From Ptychomitrium polyphyllum (taxonomy: Eukaryota): a stretch of 64,000 bases of DNA. Below the pieces are notes generated by a model. That model did no database searches, was not told the origin of the DNA, and saw nothing but the letters and a program-made list of their open reading frames with translations. The stretch is taken from contig OZ316776.1 in NCBI GenBank assembly GCA_973851085.1, forward strand, positions 5,332,001-5,396,000. The letters are read 5' to 3'. The position numbers were made by a program, and so were the translations under genes. Below are positions 52,031-64,000 of this stretch, piece after piece (positions within the stretch are counted from its first letter, which is position 1; each line of letters opens with the position of its first letter).

Positions 52031-55000
52031 TCAATTTCAGCTCTGCCTTTCCTACGTTGTTCGTGTGTACTTGGGGAGCTGCCTTCAAGTTTGCTGACTG
52101 TTCAGACTCCTACGCCCCTCTGCTTTTTAAAAACACTTACTCTCATGAGTTGATATTCCCTTTGCTGGATCAGTCCCGAGGTTTTTTCCTTGTGGTCCCT
52201 TTCCCTCATTCCGCAACTTGAGCTTCTCCGTTTCTCTTTTATTTATCTCCTTTTCTCTTTTATTTATCTCCTTTTCTCTTTTATTTTTTCTTCTTTCTCT
52301 TTTTTATGCTTTTGACTTTTTCATTTTCATTTAGCTGAAAGCTAGTCAAGCATAACATTTATTACCCAAATGACCCTACAACATGATAAGAGTACAAAAA
52401 TAAAAATTCACTTTGCCAGATATTGTGTGCAATAAGGTATTTAGATGCTCTATTGTGATAGCGGCCTAAAATCATACTAATCAAAAATGTTGTAAAATTG
52501 TACCATATTTATTAATTCTAAAAAAAACTTTTATAAAAATATGATTTTTATAGTAATACCTGTAAATAATTTTTTTTAAATGAATACTTATATAATTGAA
52601 AGGTTTAATTTATTTTTCAAAACCTTATTTCATTAATGAGTGAAAAAAATTAAGTGTCAAATTGTCAAAATTGAATTCATGCATTCATGCATTTCTGCAT
52701 CCACTGCCACATGCCTTTGTCTTTGTTTATTATTAAAATTTTGCTTTAATTACTAACAACTATTACAAATCACAATACCCAATTTTTCATTATTTTTTTT
52801 ATTTGTATATTTAATATAGCAAATAATTACATACATCTAACTTGTGTGGTTTGTATTTGTTTAGATTATTAAATTATATTTAGTAATACATAATCTTAAT
52901 TAAAATATATAGTAATATAGAAATTTAGAAATAAAATAGTGGTGGTAAAAGTGATAGGCACAAATTGATATACATATATGCTTGATGGATTGGTAGAACA
53001 TAAAATCTATGAATATTACAATACAATGTATCAATTTAAGGTGTGTTGCTTATTGGCCATTGATAATTATAAGTATGGAATATTTATTTTAGCTATTATT
53101 TTTAGCATGAAATTATCATTCATTGAAAAACATTGGCAACCTATAATTTAAAAATATTTTTTAAAGTTTTATTTTGATTGTACAAATTTTGTTGATTACA
53201 AAAAGATAAATGGATGAAAATATCAAACAAAAATCAAACTCTTTCTTTCATATATCAATTTGAGATTTTCATATATCAATTTGAGATGACCTGCCAATGA
53301 TTTTTGGCATGTTGTAAAAGATTCCTATTTTAAAAATTATATTAAGATGTCTATTTAAATAGTCAACAAATTTATATGGGAGCATGGGATTTCCTTATGG
53401 TGGAAGCAAACATCCTTCGTGGTAGAAGCAAACATCCTTCATGGTAGAAGTATAATCCATTTTTCATACAAAATAACTTTCAAACCTTATAGCCACTTTT
53501 GTATTTAATTTCAAATAATAAATCATACCTTTTAAAATATCATGTTTTAATAACACAATTTTTAGGTTCAATATCATACATATTTCAACTGCAAAAAACA
53601 TATGAACATTTTTTATATACTAATGTATTTGATTTTAAACTTTCATTATTATTAAAAAATTCCAGATTATTTTTTCCACTACAATTATCATAAATTTGTA
53701 GAAAAATTCAATCATTCATATTCTTTGAGTAAATCAATATTCATGTTAAATATGTATTTATACTTTCTAACATATTTGATTTAAGTTTTCATTCATTCAT
53801 TCATTCAATTCTTTTTACTAAAAAATGATGTTCATTTATTAGTCTTCGTTTTCTGGTTCAATTGCAGTCTTTGTTCCAATATTTTTTTATTTATCCACTT
53901 GGTCAATCAGGTTGGTTTGCACCTAATTTTGGTGTAGCTTCAATTTTTCGATTTAATTATTTTTCAAGGTTTAGAGGTATTTTTATAAAGAATCACATAC
54001 AAACATAATTAAAATTGAATTTAAAAAAAAAAAAAAAGCTTAATCATTCTATTATATTATATACGACCTTTTGAAATCATTTGTGACTTTAATTATATTC
54101 CTTTCCAAGAATTAATGATTTTCCATTCATGTCCCATCATATAATGTACATTTTGGCGTTCATTTGTATTTATATTCAAATTATTTTTATATATTGACGC
54201 CCATGTATATTTATAGGGCTCATATTTTGTTTTCATTTTTACCATAAACATTTTCAAAGCTTCAAATTTATTATGAAAATAAGCTTTTTTTCTTTTTAAA
54301 TTCTTACAACCAAAGCTTGATTAACTTTATTGAAAAAATTCATTTCAAATTAATACCAGCTATATCTCAATAACAACTTTGGCAATACATTGTGAAGTGA
54401 TAAGTAGTTTTAATATTACACATAAATTATGAGGTTTCAAATCAATTGAATTGTATAATTAAGATAAAATAATTAACTCATATGTATCTTTTATAAATTC
54501 TGATTCAATATCTTTCAAAAAGACATTTACAACTTGATATTCATTATATAATGAATAAAACAAATTGGATTTTGATGTACATTTTAGGCTCCAAATTTTT
54601 GAACATGTGTTTAAGTAGACATCAATTATAAGCTATTTTAAGAAGAATAAAAAGGTAATTAATTAACTTTTTAAGCTAAAATTATAAATTTAAGCAATAG
54701 AATATCTTGAACTTGTGTTTTTAGGATGTGTTTTTTGTATAAACAATCTTTTCAATAAGCATTAAAGTACTTACAATTTGAAAAAGCACTTTGAAAGTGA
54801 TTTGGCACTTAATGAAAGTTTTGGATTGGTTTTGGGAGCTCAGCTAGCTTTGAAGAAGTTTGAAGTTTAAGACTCTTTTCTTACTCCCAAATATTATGTT
54901 TTGTTTGATTTTATAACAAAAACTAATTTCAAAGGGTGTTTTGCAAAATTTTAGTTTTTCAAGAGTACTTAATAAATAATTTTATGATTTTCATCTTAAA

Positions 55001-56415
55001 GCATATGCTTTTCAAATCCATACCAATTAATTATCATATTTCCATTCATATTTATTCATACTATGTATATTTTTCTTTAAAATCTTTTTCATTTTGAGTT
55101 CTATTTTGTATATATATATTTATATAAGTTTACATTTAGCATTTTAAAAAATACCAAAATATAGTTACATAAAAAGTTTGTTGCAAATTAATCATAAAAA
55201 AAAATTTAGATAAACGATTGGATTTTGGAAATATTTACTTTCAAAAACTTGTTTTTGAAAAATAATAAAATATTTTTTGAAGAAGTGCATAGTTGTTGGA
55301 TGACCACAACGTATATGTTAAAGAAATATTAATTTATTATTATGAATATTTACATTCTTCATTAGATCCAAATACTATGGATGATTCAATATTGAGTAGT
55401 TACATCTATTATGTTTTTGACTTTTCTTGTAAAAGTTAAGCTTAATAAAAATAAATTCTACACAAAAAAAAAAGTAAAAAGTAAAAAAATATATAAAACA
55501 AATTTTTATTTAATATTAAGTTTGAAAAAAAATCAGATTCTTAAATACACTTTAGTATGCTAAATTTTATTTTTAAAATCAATAAATATTTAGTTCAAAA
55601 TACTAATCTATTCCTTTTATATATTAATAGTAACACTTAAAGATAGCTTTGGCACTTTGGAGCTAAAGAAAAATCAATATTAATAATACATCATTGTATA
55701 TTTAGATGAAAATTAATTAATAATTAATATATGGCATAATTTCTCTTAAAATATTAATCTTTCATATTTAGTTTGCTTTAATTATATAATATAGTATTTC
55801 ATTTTATTTCTATTAGAACTTGTTAATTCTATAAGTATCAAGGATTTGCAAATGATTAGTATAATTTAATATTTTTGTAATATTTTAGAATTATTGGTTT
55901 CTTCATTATTTACACATTACAATATTCTAAAGAAAAAGAGACTTCAAACATTTAATGAAAAAATGGTGTAATTAAAAACATTTTTTGAAATTTGGATACT
56001 TTGGACATTTTATTAGAATTATTTGGAGCTTTGAAATGTTTTATTTTTTATTTTTTAAATGTACAAACAATCATTATAGATTTTAAATTTATTAGGTTTT
56101 TGAAAATGAAAAATAAATTTAGCAATTTTTTAAAAAATTCCAAAGATGCTTAGCTATTTAAGGATCGTATTTTGCAAAGAACAATGAAATGTGCTACATT
56201 ATGCTTTATTTGTAGTTTTTGAATATTATTTTGTATGTTAATATATATTTTAATTGAAAAATTTAAGCTCTAGTGTTTATTAGTTTAATATACATTATGT
56301 ATATTTCAATCTTACTATTTTTATTAATTGATTAACATTCAAATTAAATTAAAAAATGTACTCATGAAGATTTCCAATTCCCATGCTTCCATGCATTTTT
56401 GTATATAATGGCATT

Positions 56416-56503
56416 TATGTAATGGCATATACTTTTTGTATATAATGGCATCCACTTTATAAAATAGATGCCATTATATACAAAAAGTATATACCATTAT
56501 ATA
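56416..56503. repeat. Short near-perfect hairpin (~37 bp arms, 14 nt loop)
   Basis: TATGTAATGGCATATACTTTTTGTATATAATGGCATC pairs with GATGCCATTATATACAAAAAGTATATACCATTATATA. Confidence 0.85.
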
Positions 56504-57654
56504 TCTTGAAGCTATCCTTAGTTCATCTAAAAAGTAAAACCTCATAAATCCACAATTTTTAAAATATTGCATCATTAACAAGTTATTGGTATTGGAACAT
56601 TAAAAACTTTTGTTAACTCACAATAATTTTATAATTCATTAATCTATGTTTATAACATTCATATGACATCACAATATTTAATGCATTTTTTTATATTTAT
56701 ACAGGTCCTTACCATATGACCTTCTATGCACACAAATTGATTATATATTGGGAGGATGTAAACTTTAGAAGACTAGGTGTATTAATCTGTATAGGTCAGA
56801 TTATATGAGTTTCATTGGATAGAGAATCAAGGCTATTTAATTTCGAGGATTTGTTTTATTTTATTGTAGCTTTTCCTTTAGCTCATGGAAGTGAAATTAC
56901 TGGATTGATTTAACTTCAATTTAGCCAAAAGGGAGTGAATTCATTCTTTACAAATCTGCCATCTATTTTGTTGGCTTTTAACTGTTTTTCAGAACTAAAA
57001 CCTTACTAGGTTTAATGAAGCATAGATTAAAATTTCATTATGGCCTTTACTTTATTCAAAATTATTTAAGCTAGTCTTAAATTTTCCATTATTAAAAAGT
57101 CAAGAATTGTCCCATTTGGCCTCAATCATAAGGACAAAGTAATTTAGTGTTTTGTTACGTGAAGTGGCATTGAGTGCTAAGCCACAGCAAGTAGAAACAA
57201 TGTATTTCAATTTAAGAATTTTTCATCCATCTAGTGTAAATTCCATATCTTGAAGGTGTATTTGTGATGTTTTCTTATTTTTTTTTTTTTTACTACAAAT
57301 TTGATAATGATCACGGTGCATAATTTGTTATGTATGGCAATTTGTATTCACACTACAACTTGCATTGACAAAGTTGACATGTTTTTCATAAATATAGATG
57401 ATTGTATTCAAATGATGCTCAATATGAACTTGTTTCATAATTTCTACAATTCATTCACATTATTATAAGCAAAAATTACTATAATGTGTAAATTATGCCT
57501 TAATTTAATACTATCAATATTAAAAACTATATATAATAGACGCTCTTAGTAGCACAATCCTTGTATGGAAGAATTTTAATGAGTCAAACAATTAATTTTT
57601 TGATTCTTCTTTAAATGCTCTTTTTTTCTTCTAATACTATGATGTAGTACACAA

Positions 57655-59547
57655 ATAAGGTTGTCAACTATTGAATAGCAATTGAAATTGAAATTGTAAT
57701 ACTTGCAATTGAAAATTCATAGGAAGTAAAAAAGAAATATACTTACGACAATCTCTAAACTACCACATATGAACTACAACTCAACTAATTTACAAGAAAA
57801 TACACTTCAATAAACTTGGAATAAAAACTTAATTAATAAAAAAATACATTATATCCTGAACTGTCTTGATTGAAGGTTTATATACTATGTTTTAAATCCT
57901 ATAATTTTGGATCTACATCTATTGTCTAAACTAACAAACTAATGACTATCATCATTAGTATTGGTAGAGGAAATACGGTAGTATTAGTCAAAGGAATTTG
58001 ATAGTGTTGATAGGAGGGGTTTAGTAGTACTAGATCAAAGATCCGATGCGCCAATGACATTAGTTCCTTTCTAAATTAAGTTTATTCTTAGAAACTCAAA
58101 AACTAGCTATTCCAATATTTCTTGAAGCTGTTGTCAATGACGGATTTATTGAGCAAAAGTAGGTACCAAACTTGCAGGGGAGGAAATAGTGGTTGTTTGG
58201 TAAGATAGGAAGAAAATGTGGATCTTGCATTATAGGAAGAATGGAGGGATTTGTGCCTGCAAGAAATGAAAAAGGTAATAAACAAAAGTTGGTTGTTATT
58301 GATACATGGTGAGAAGTATTGAGGAGGATGGATTTGGAAGTGTTGGGCAACTCATGAAATGGTTAATAAGTAGCCTTAGTCAAGTTGTCAAAGTATTTGT
58401 CATCTAAATTGTAGAAGCTAGAAGAGGTAGAAGAATCTATCATTGAATTGGTATCTTTCCAACCCGAAAAGTTTTGTTGGTAATGGTAGACAAGGGCATC
58501 TTGGTTGTAGAAGGCAATATAGGCATTATGGAGGCGCTAGTGGTTCTTTGCGCGCCTTTTAGTACCAGTAGTCAGTCACGTTGTGAAGTACGTTACTAGC
58601 CTACATTTGATGACATAAGTGTTGGACTTGTTGTTGAAGTCCAATATTAGGTGGAGGTGGAGGAGGGTGTTTTCAAAGGTTGGAGTTGTGTCAACATCTT
58701 CTTTTGATCATTGAGAATTAATTTTTTTCTATAAATTTAATTGCTCAAAATTAGCCTGAGCTTCTGTTAAGAGTGATAAGGCATCATTGTGGTGCCAAAT
58801 AGTTTTTTGCAAAATGCCAAGGTTGTAAATGATGTATAGGATATTCTAGTCAAATATAAAAAGAGGTAGAGTAATGTTGGACGGGGATGAAGGAGCACGT
58901 TGGAGAGGATTGGTAGAAGCAAAAGGAAGAATTGGTGGAGTGGAATTGGTGGAAGTAGAAGGAAAAGAGGGAATTTGTGTTATAGAATTAACTCATTATG
59001 GTTTTTCTCTTAAAATATGACAAAAATTGATGTTGTAGAAGTGATTAGGCTTAATTGCAACCAAAATTTATATTATAATTGATTATTATGAGAATCGTAG
59101 GGCAATAAGGCAAATGCTCATGGTTCATGGTAGTTGAGGCCAATGAAATGATGGAATTATAAAAGAGAGACAATTTCCACAATTTAGGTAAATTAATAAT
59201 TAGAAGTTGATGAAGCAAAAATATTGTGTTAATATTTAGAATAGTAGCTAAATCTAAAATAGTAGATAAATTTAATATATTAATCAAATGTAATGTAGAG
59301 GAAATTTTCTATAACAAGGGAAAGAATTAGGTATTTAATAGCTGAAGAATCTTTCACAATGGAGAAGATAGAGCAACAGTGTAAAGAAAATTAGGAGTAT
59401 GCCAAAAGAATAAAAGAGAGTAGTGATCAATTAGAGGCTACTGAACAAGGAGAAAGTTCAAATCAGCAAATATGAAAGTTGCAAGTAAGAATTCAAAAGT
59501 AAATTTGCGGTGCACACTTTAAAATCAAGTAATTGGAAGATTAAAGG
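57655..59547 (-). mobile_element. Family-2 LTR (~57655-58059), PPT and 3' internal region
   Basis: The LTR ends on + at CCAATGACA; the adjacent TTAGTTCCTTTCTAA is a PPT on -. The internal sequence is homologous to 32156-32240. Confidence 0.65.
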
Positions 59548-60088
59548 TATTATGGTCATAATAAACAAGAAATATAATAGAAGTATTTTCTAAGAATTAG
59601 CTTTTAAAGAACTAATGATTAACAAGAATTTGATACAAATACTAGAACAAGGCAGGATATAAGATGATCTACAACTTGTATTGGCAAGACTAAGGAATAC
59701 CTTGTCTTGCCTCCTATTTATACTATGACGCTTGTATTTCCTAGGATACTTCTAAAGAAGTTTTCTATAAGGCTTAAGATTGTTCTAGAAGTCTAGGGAA
59801 CCTTCCCAAGAAGTTTCCTAAGATGTTGGAATCTTCCTAAGAAGCTTCAAAGGAATTGGAACCTCCCTTGGAAATTTCCTAAGGTGGTAGAACCTTCCTA
59901 TGAAGTTTCCTAAAGAGCTGGAACCTTCCTAGAAAGTTTTCTGAGATGGTGGAATTTTCCTAAGAAATTTTCTGAAAATATAGAAACGACTATAGAAACA
60001 TTTGAAAGTATTCTAAAAAACTACTATAATATACTAGAAGGTTTTAGAAAATTCTAAAGATTATGTTGCATGACTTATGTCCATAACA
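59548..60088 (-). mobile_element. Family-1 LTR (solo-like, no TSD, PBS or PPT evident)
   Basis: Aligned by eye to 36854-37368 and 62868-63378; ends TGTTGCATGACTTATGTCCATAACA. Confidence 0.88.
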
Positions 60089-62867
60089 TTATCCAAGCAA
60101 AATGAAGAAATTTACTTGACCATATATAATGGTTAAACAGCAAAAGCAAAGGAGTTTCTATCCCAAGTCAACTTTGGTGCTTCATTTTTTAGACCTTATT
60201 TAATAGAAAACGGAAAAATTCAAGTTGGAAATTCAATATCAACGACCAAGGAACCTAGAATCAACCTTTTGGAGAAGTTTGATGGTATGCGTTGAAGATT
60301 TTGAGGCTTTGTAAATCAAGTTCAACTTGTTACCTTGCTTCAACCTTGACAATATCCTATAGATGCTTCACGCTTTGGTTTGGTGGGAACATTGTTCTCA
60401 AGATAAGCATTGTCCTGGTTTGCATCACTTTTTGAAAAGAATTCTTCTATACTTAGCAATTTTGATGCGTTTCTAGCCGCATTTGCAAAAACATTTGGTG
60501 ACCATGACAAGCTCCATTATGCAACTACTAAGATTTACGCCTCGTACCAAAGGGCCACGTTTTATGTCAACTAATATATTGAAATTTTGACAACTTGCAT
60601 GCGACATCAACTCTAGAGAAGAAGCGTTAATGAATCAATTTCATTGGAGCATATGTGACAAGGTTAAAGATGTATTGCTATCCATGCTAGATCCCCAGAC
60701 ACTTGATAAGGCCATCATTCAAGCTTTGAAGGGCGATAACTGTCTATTTCAACGTAAGCAAAATAAACAGACTTTGATTACGCCGCAGCCATATACCAAC
60801 TTCTCAAAAGCCTTGGCCCTATCCACCTATATTAAGTATTTGGAAGTGGAAGCCATGCTAATTGATGCGATTTGCTTCAAGCTCCTTACTGAACATGAGA
60901 AGAAGCAACAAAGGGACTAAGAATTGTGTTTGTATTGTAGAAAATCTAGTTACAAGGTTGATAAGTGCCAAGAGAAATTTCTACATACATATCTATGACC
61001 TTTATTCTCCGGAGATGTTATTTATGAAACCAATCCATCAACAATAATATTGGATACCATAGTAACCAAGTAATATTTAATATCATTAGGTCATCGTTAA
61101 GTTCCATCATTTTAGAGAATTTTTGGATTTTCTAGATCCTAATAAAAAAATACAACCTGAAGATAAATTGGATATCTAATAAAATAAAAATTTCAATATT
61201 AGAAGCTGTAACTACTAAGCCTAGGGAAGAAGCTAAAGCATCTTACAAATCTAAAACCATAAAGCTTCTCTTTATTGGCGCTAGAGCATTTATAAAAATA
61301 GTAAAGACTGGTGCTTCTTTTGCAAAGTATGCAAATTCAATGTCCAAAGTTGTAGCTTCATAATCAATCATTTTAAAAAATTATAAAGAGTACAACAATA
61401 TATTTGAAAAAAAAATACAGACACTCTACCAAAACATCGTCTCTATAACCGTGCCATAGACCTCCAAGACGGCGCTCAACCACCATTTGGACCTATTTGT
61501 AATTTATCCCAAAATTAGCTTTCATCATTAAGGAAGTAAATTGATGAATACTTAGTCAAGAACTTCATTTGACATTCAATGTTTCCAGCTAGTGCTTCAA
61601 TACTTTTTGTAAAGAAAAAAAATGGATTGTTACGAATGTGTGTTAATAACCGCGGCCTCAACAAAATAATGGTGAAGAACCAATATCCATTGTTACTGAT
61701 ATTGGGCTTCTTGATCAACTTGGTCAAGCAAAGATCTATACTAAAATAGACCTGCAAGGAGCCTACAATTTAGTGCACATTAAAAAGAAAATATATGGAA
61801 GATGACATTTTGAATAAGGCATAGGCATTTTGATACAATGTCATGCCTTTTGAACTTATCAACGCACCTACCATTTTTTAGCACTTGGTAATTGACATTT
61901 TTTGAGAGTATCTATATGATTTTTTTTATATGTTATTTGGATGATATCTTGATCTATTCAAAAAATCAAAGGAACATAAATGACATATTTGCGTTGTTCT
62001 ACAGAAACTATGCGATGATGGTTGATATTCCAAGCTTGAGAAATGTGTATTCCACGAACCTCAAGTAAGTTTCCTTGGATATATCATTTCCAACAAAAGA
62101 CTATTGATGGATCCAAAGAAGGTCATAGCAATCAACAACTACACAAAGCCAAAATTAGTGCATGATGTCAAATGCTTTATTGGATTTGTAAACTTCTATA
62201 GGATCTTCATCAAGGACTATTTCTCATGCAATTAATATGCAAAGAAAAGCTTGAATGTGGATCCGATGCTCAAGATGCATTCCAAAGTTTGAAGCAAGCT
62301 TTTACCATAGCTCCTATTCTGGTCCATCTGAACTTTTCAAAGTAATTTTATTTTGAAACTAATGCTTACGATTTTGCACTAGGAATAGTTTTGTCACAAA
62401 TGGGAGAAAAAAAGAGACTCCATCCGGTTGTATTAAATTCCAGAAAAATTTCAATTGCAAAAGTCAACTATAAGATCTACAGCAAAGAACTCCTTGCAAT
62501 TGTAGATTCCTTCTAAAAATGGCATTATTTGCTCAAAAGCGCTGCGCATCCAATTATTGTATATATAAATCACATGAATTTGGAACATTTCAAGTCAGTC
62601 TATGTTTTGAATTGCCGCCAAGCTCTTTGGAGTATGTCTCTATTTTGAGTTGATTTTGCATCACATATCGACCTAGAAAATAGCAAGGATTATGAGATAC
62701 TTTATCAAGGCACTCATATCTTGCACAATAGGAAAGAGAAGCAATACACAATCAACAACAAATAACTTTAATGACACCCGAACAATGTTGTATAAGCACA
62801 ATCACGATTTCAACTTCAATGGATTCATCATTCTCTAATTAGATTTATATGACATTTACCTATGATA
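60089..62867 (+). mobile_element. Decayed Ty3/Gypsy gag-pol (gag, RT, RNase H), truncated on both sides
   Basis: Gag KEPRINLLEKFDG..RF.GFVNQVQL and [36 protein letters not shown] and YLDDILIYS; RNase H ETNAYDFALGIVLSQ and NYKIYSKELLAIVDSF. Confidence 0.92.
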
Positions 62868-64000
62868 TGTTAGGGACACAAGAAACAAGAAGCAAAAACA
62901 AAGTGTTTCCCAAGAAATTAACTTCTAAAGAGCTAATAATTAACATGAACTTGATACAAAGACTTAAATAAGGTAGGATACAAGATGATCGACAATTTGT
63001 GTTGGCAAGACTAAAGAATACCTTGTCTTGCCTCCTATTTATACTATGACGCTTGTATTTCCTAGGATACTTCTAAAGAAGCTTTCAATAAGGCTTAAGA
63101 ATATTCTAGAAATCTAGGGAACCTTCCCAAGAAGTTTCCTAAGATGTTGGAACCTTCCTTGGAAACTTTCTAAAGTAATGGAACCTTATTAGGTAATTTC
63201 CTAAAGAAGTATAACCTTTCTAAAGAGTTTCATGAGTTGGTGGAACTGTCCTAAGAAATATTCTAAAAACATGGAAAAACTATGGAGACATTTAAAAATA
63301 TTCTAAGAAGCTACTATAGTATACCACAATGTTCTAGAATATTCTAAGGACTATGTTGCATGATCTATGTCCGTGACATTACTTCCCCATTTAGCAACGA
63401 GTTCCATGAAGAATTTTTTTCTTAGTTTGCTCGTCACATTTCCACAAATTTCAAAATTTGTTGAAGGAGTGAAGCAACATATTCTACTTGTTGTTCTTTA
63501 TTCACTGGTTCAACTGGTCCTTGTAAAAAACGTCGATGACCACCAGCTAAGACTTTTGTTGTTGAAATGTCCTATTCCAAGATCTGATCTTGATTAAGTC
63601 CTTCAAAACATCCTCCAAACAAGATCTTAGCTCCTCTAGGAGTGGCTCTTCCAATTCCTAACAAGATGACTAGAGTACAAGCATCTATATGAAGACAAAA
63701 ATGTGAAAGGTGCCTAGCCAATACTTCTGCACGAGGTAGTACTTGACATTGGATTGTCCCTCTCATATCTTGGCTTAAATCCTCCATTACTGAAGGCTGA
63801 GAAAGTTGAGTTGACTCAACAGATGCTGTTGTTGATGAAAGCATGGCCAACTGCTCTTCATGCATATCCATAATAACCTGACCAATTGACATACTAATTA
63901 GGATATAGAGATGATCTATTTTGGAAATAGTGTTGCATACAATTGGAGGCTTGGATATCTCTTCTTCCTTCTTATACTTGTCTATGAAGGAAAAACTTCT
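62868..64000 (-). mobile_element. 3' end of a family-1 chromovirus on the minus strand: 3' LTR 62868-63378, PPT, and 3' internal region running out of the window
   Basis: The minus strand reads ATGGGGAAGTAA|TGTCACGGACATAGATCATGCAAC...GTCCCTAACA; 63379-64000 is colinear with 36390-36853 plus 37369-37534. Confidence 0.9.

Noticed and set aside
50521..52221. ORFs with VC/HT repeats and GC-rich ORFs upstream of DRB
   Set aside because: Translations of the (CA)n tract and of the GC-rich promoter/leader.

Overview
Eukaryotic plant DNA, most likely a moss (inferred from the HD-ZIP IV and DRB sequences and the chromovirus LTR type). It is an AT-rich field of decayed, nested LTR retrotransposons (two Gypsy LTR families plus Copia RT relics) with two GC-rich gene islands. 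The first is an intronless class IV HD-ZIP (HD-zipper-START-SAD) gene on + (ATG 17787 to stop 20228). The second is a three-coding-exon DRB2-type double-stranded-RNA-binding protein gene on - (50332-48545, 449 aa). The most striking non-genic structure is an apparently identical inverted repeat (1-1844 / 8111-9954, left arm cut by the window edge). It drops abruptly into old, diverged homology at its inner ends and encloses a second, older inverted repeat. The HD-ZIP IV locus carries several candidate regulatory elements: an extended 3'UTR long-range stem, a candidate self-binding site, a promoter G4 motif and uORFs including an AUG-stop. The chromovirus carries a conserved extra reading frame between the chromodomain and the polypurine tract (PPT). 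All alignments were made by eye and TE boundaries are approximate unless termini are quoted.
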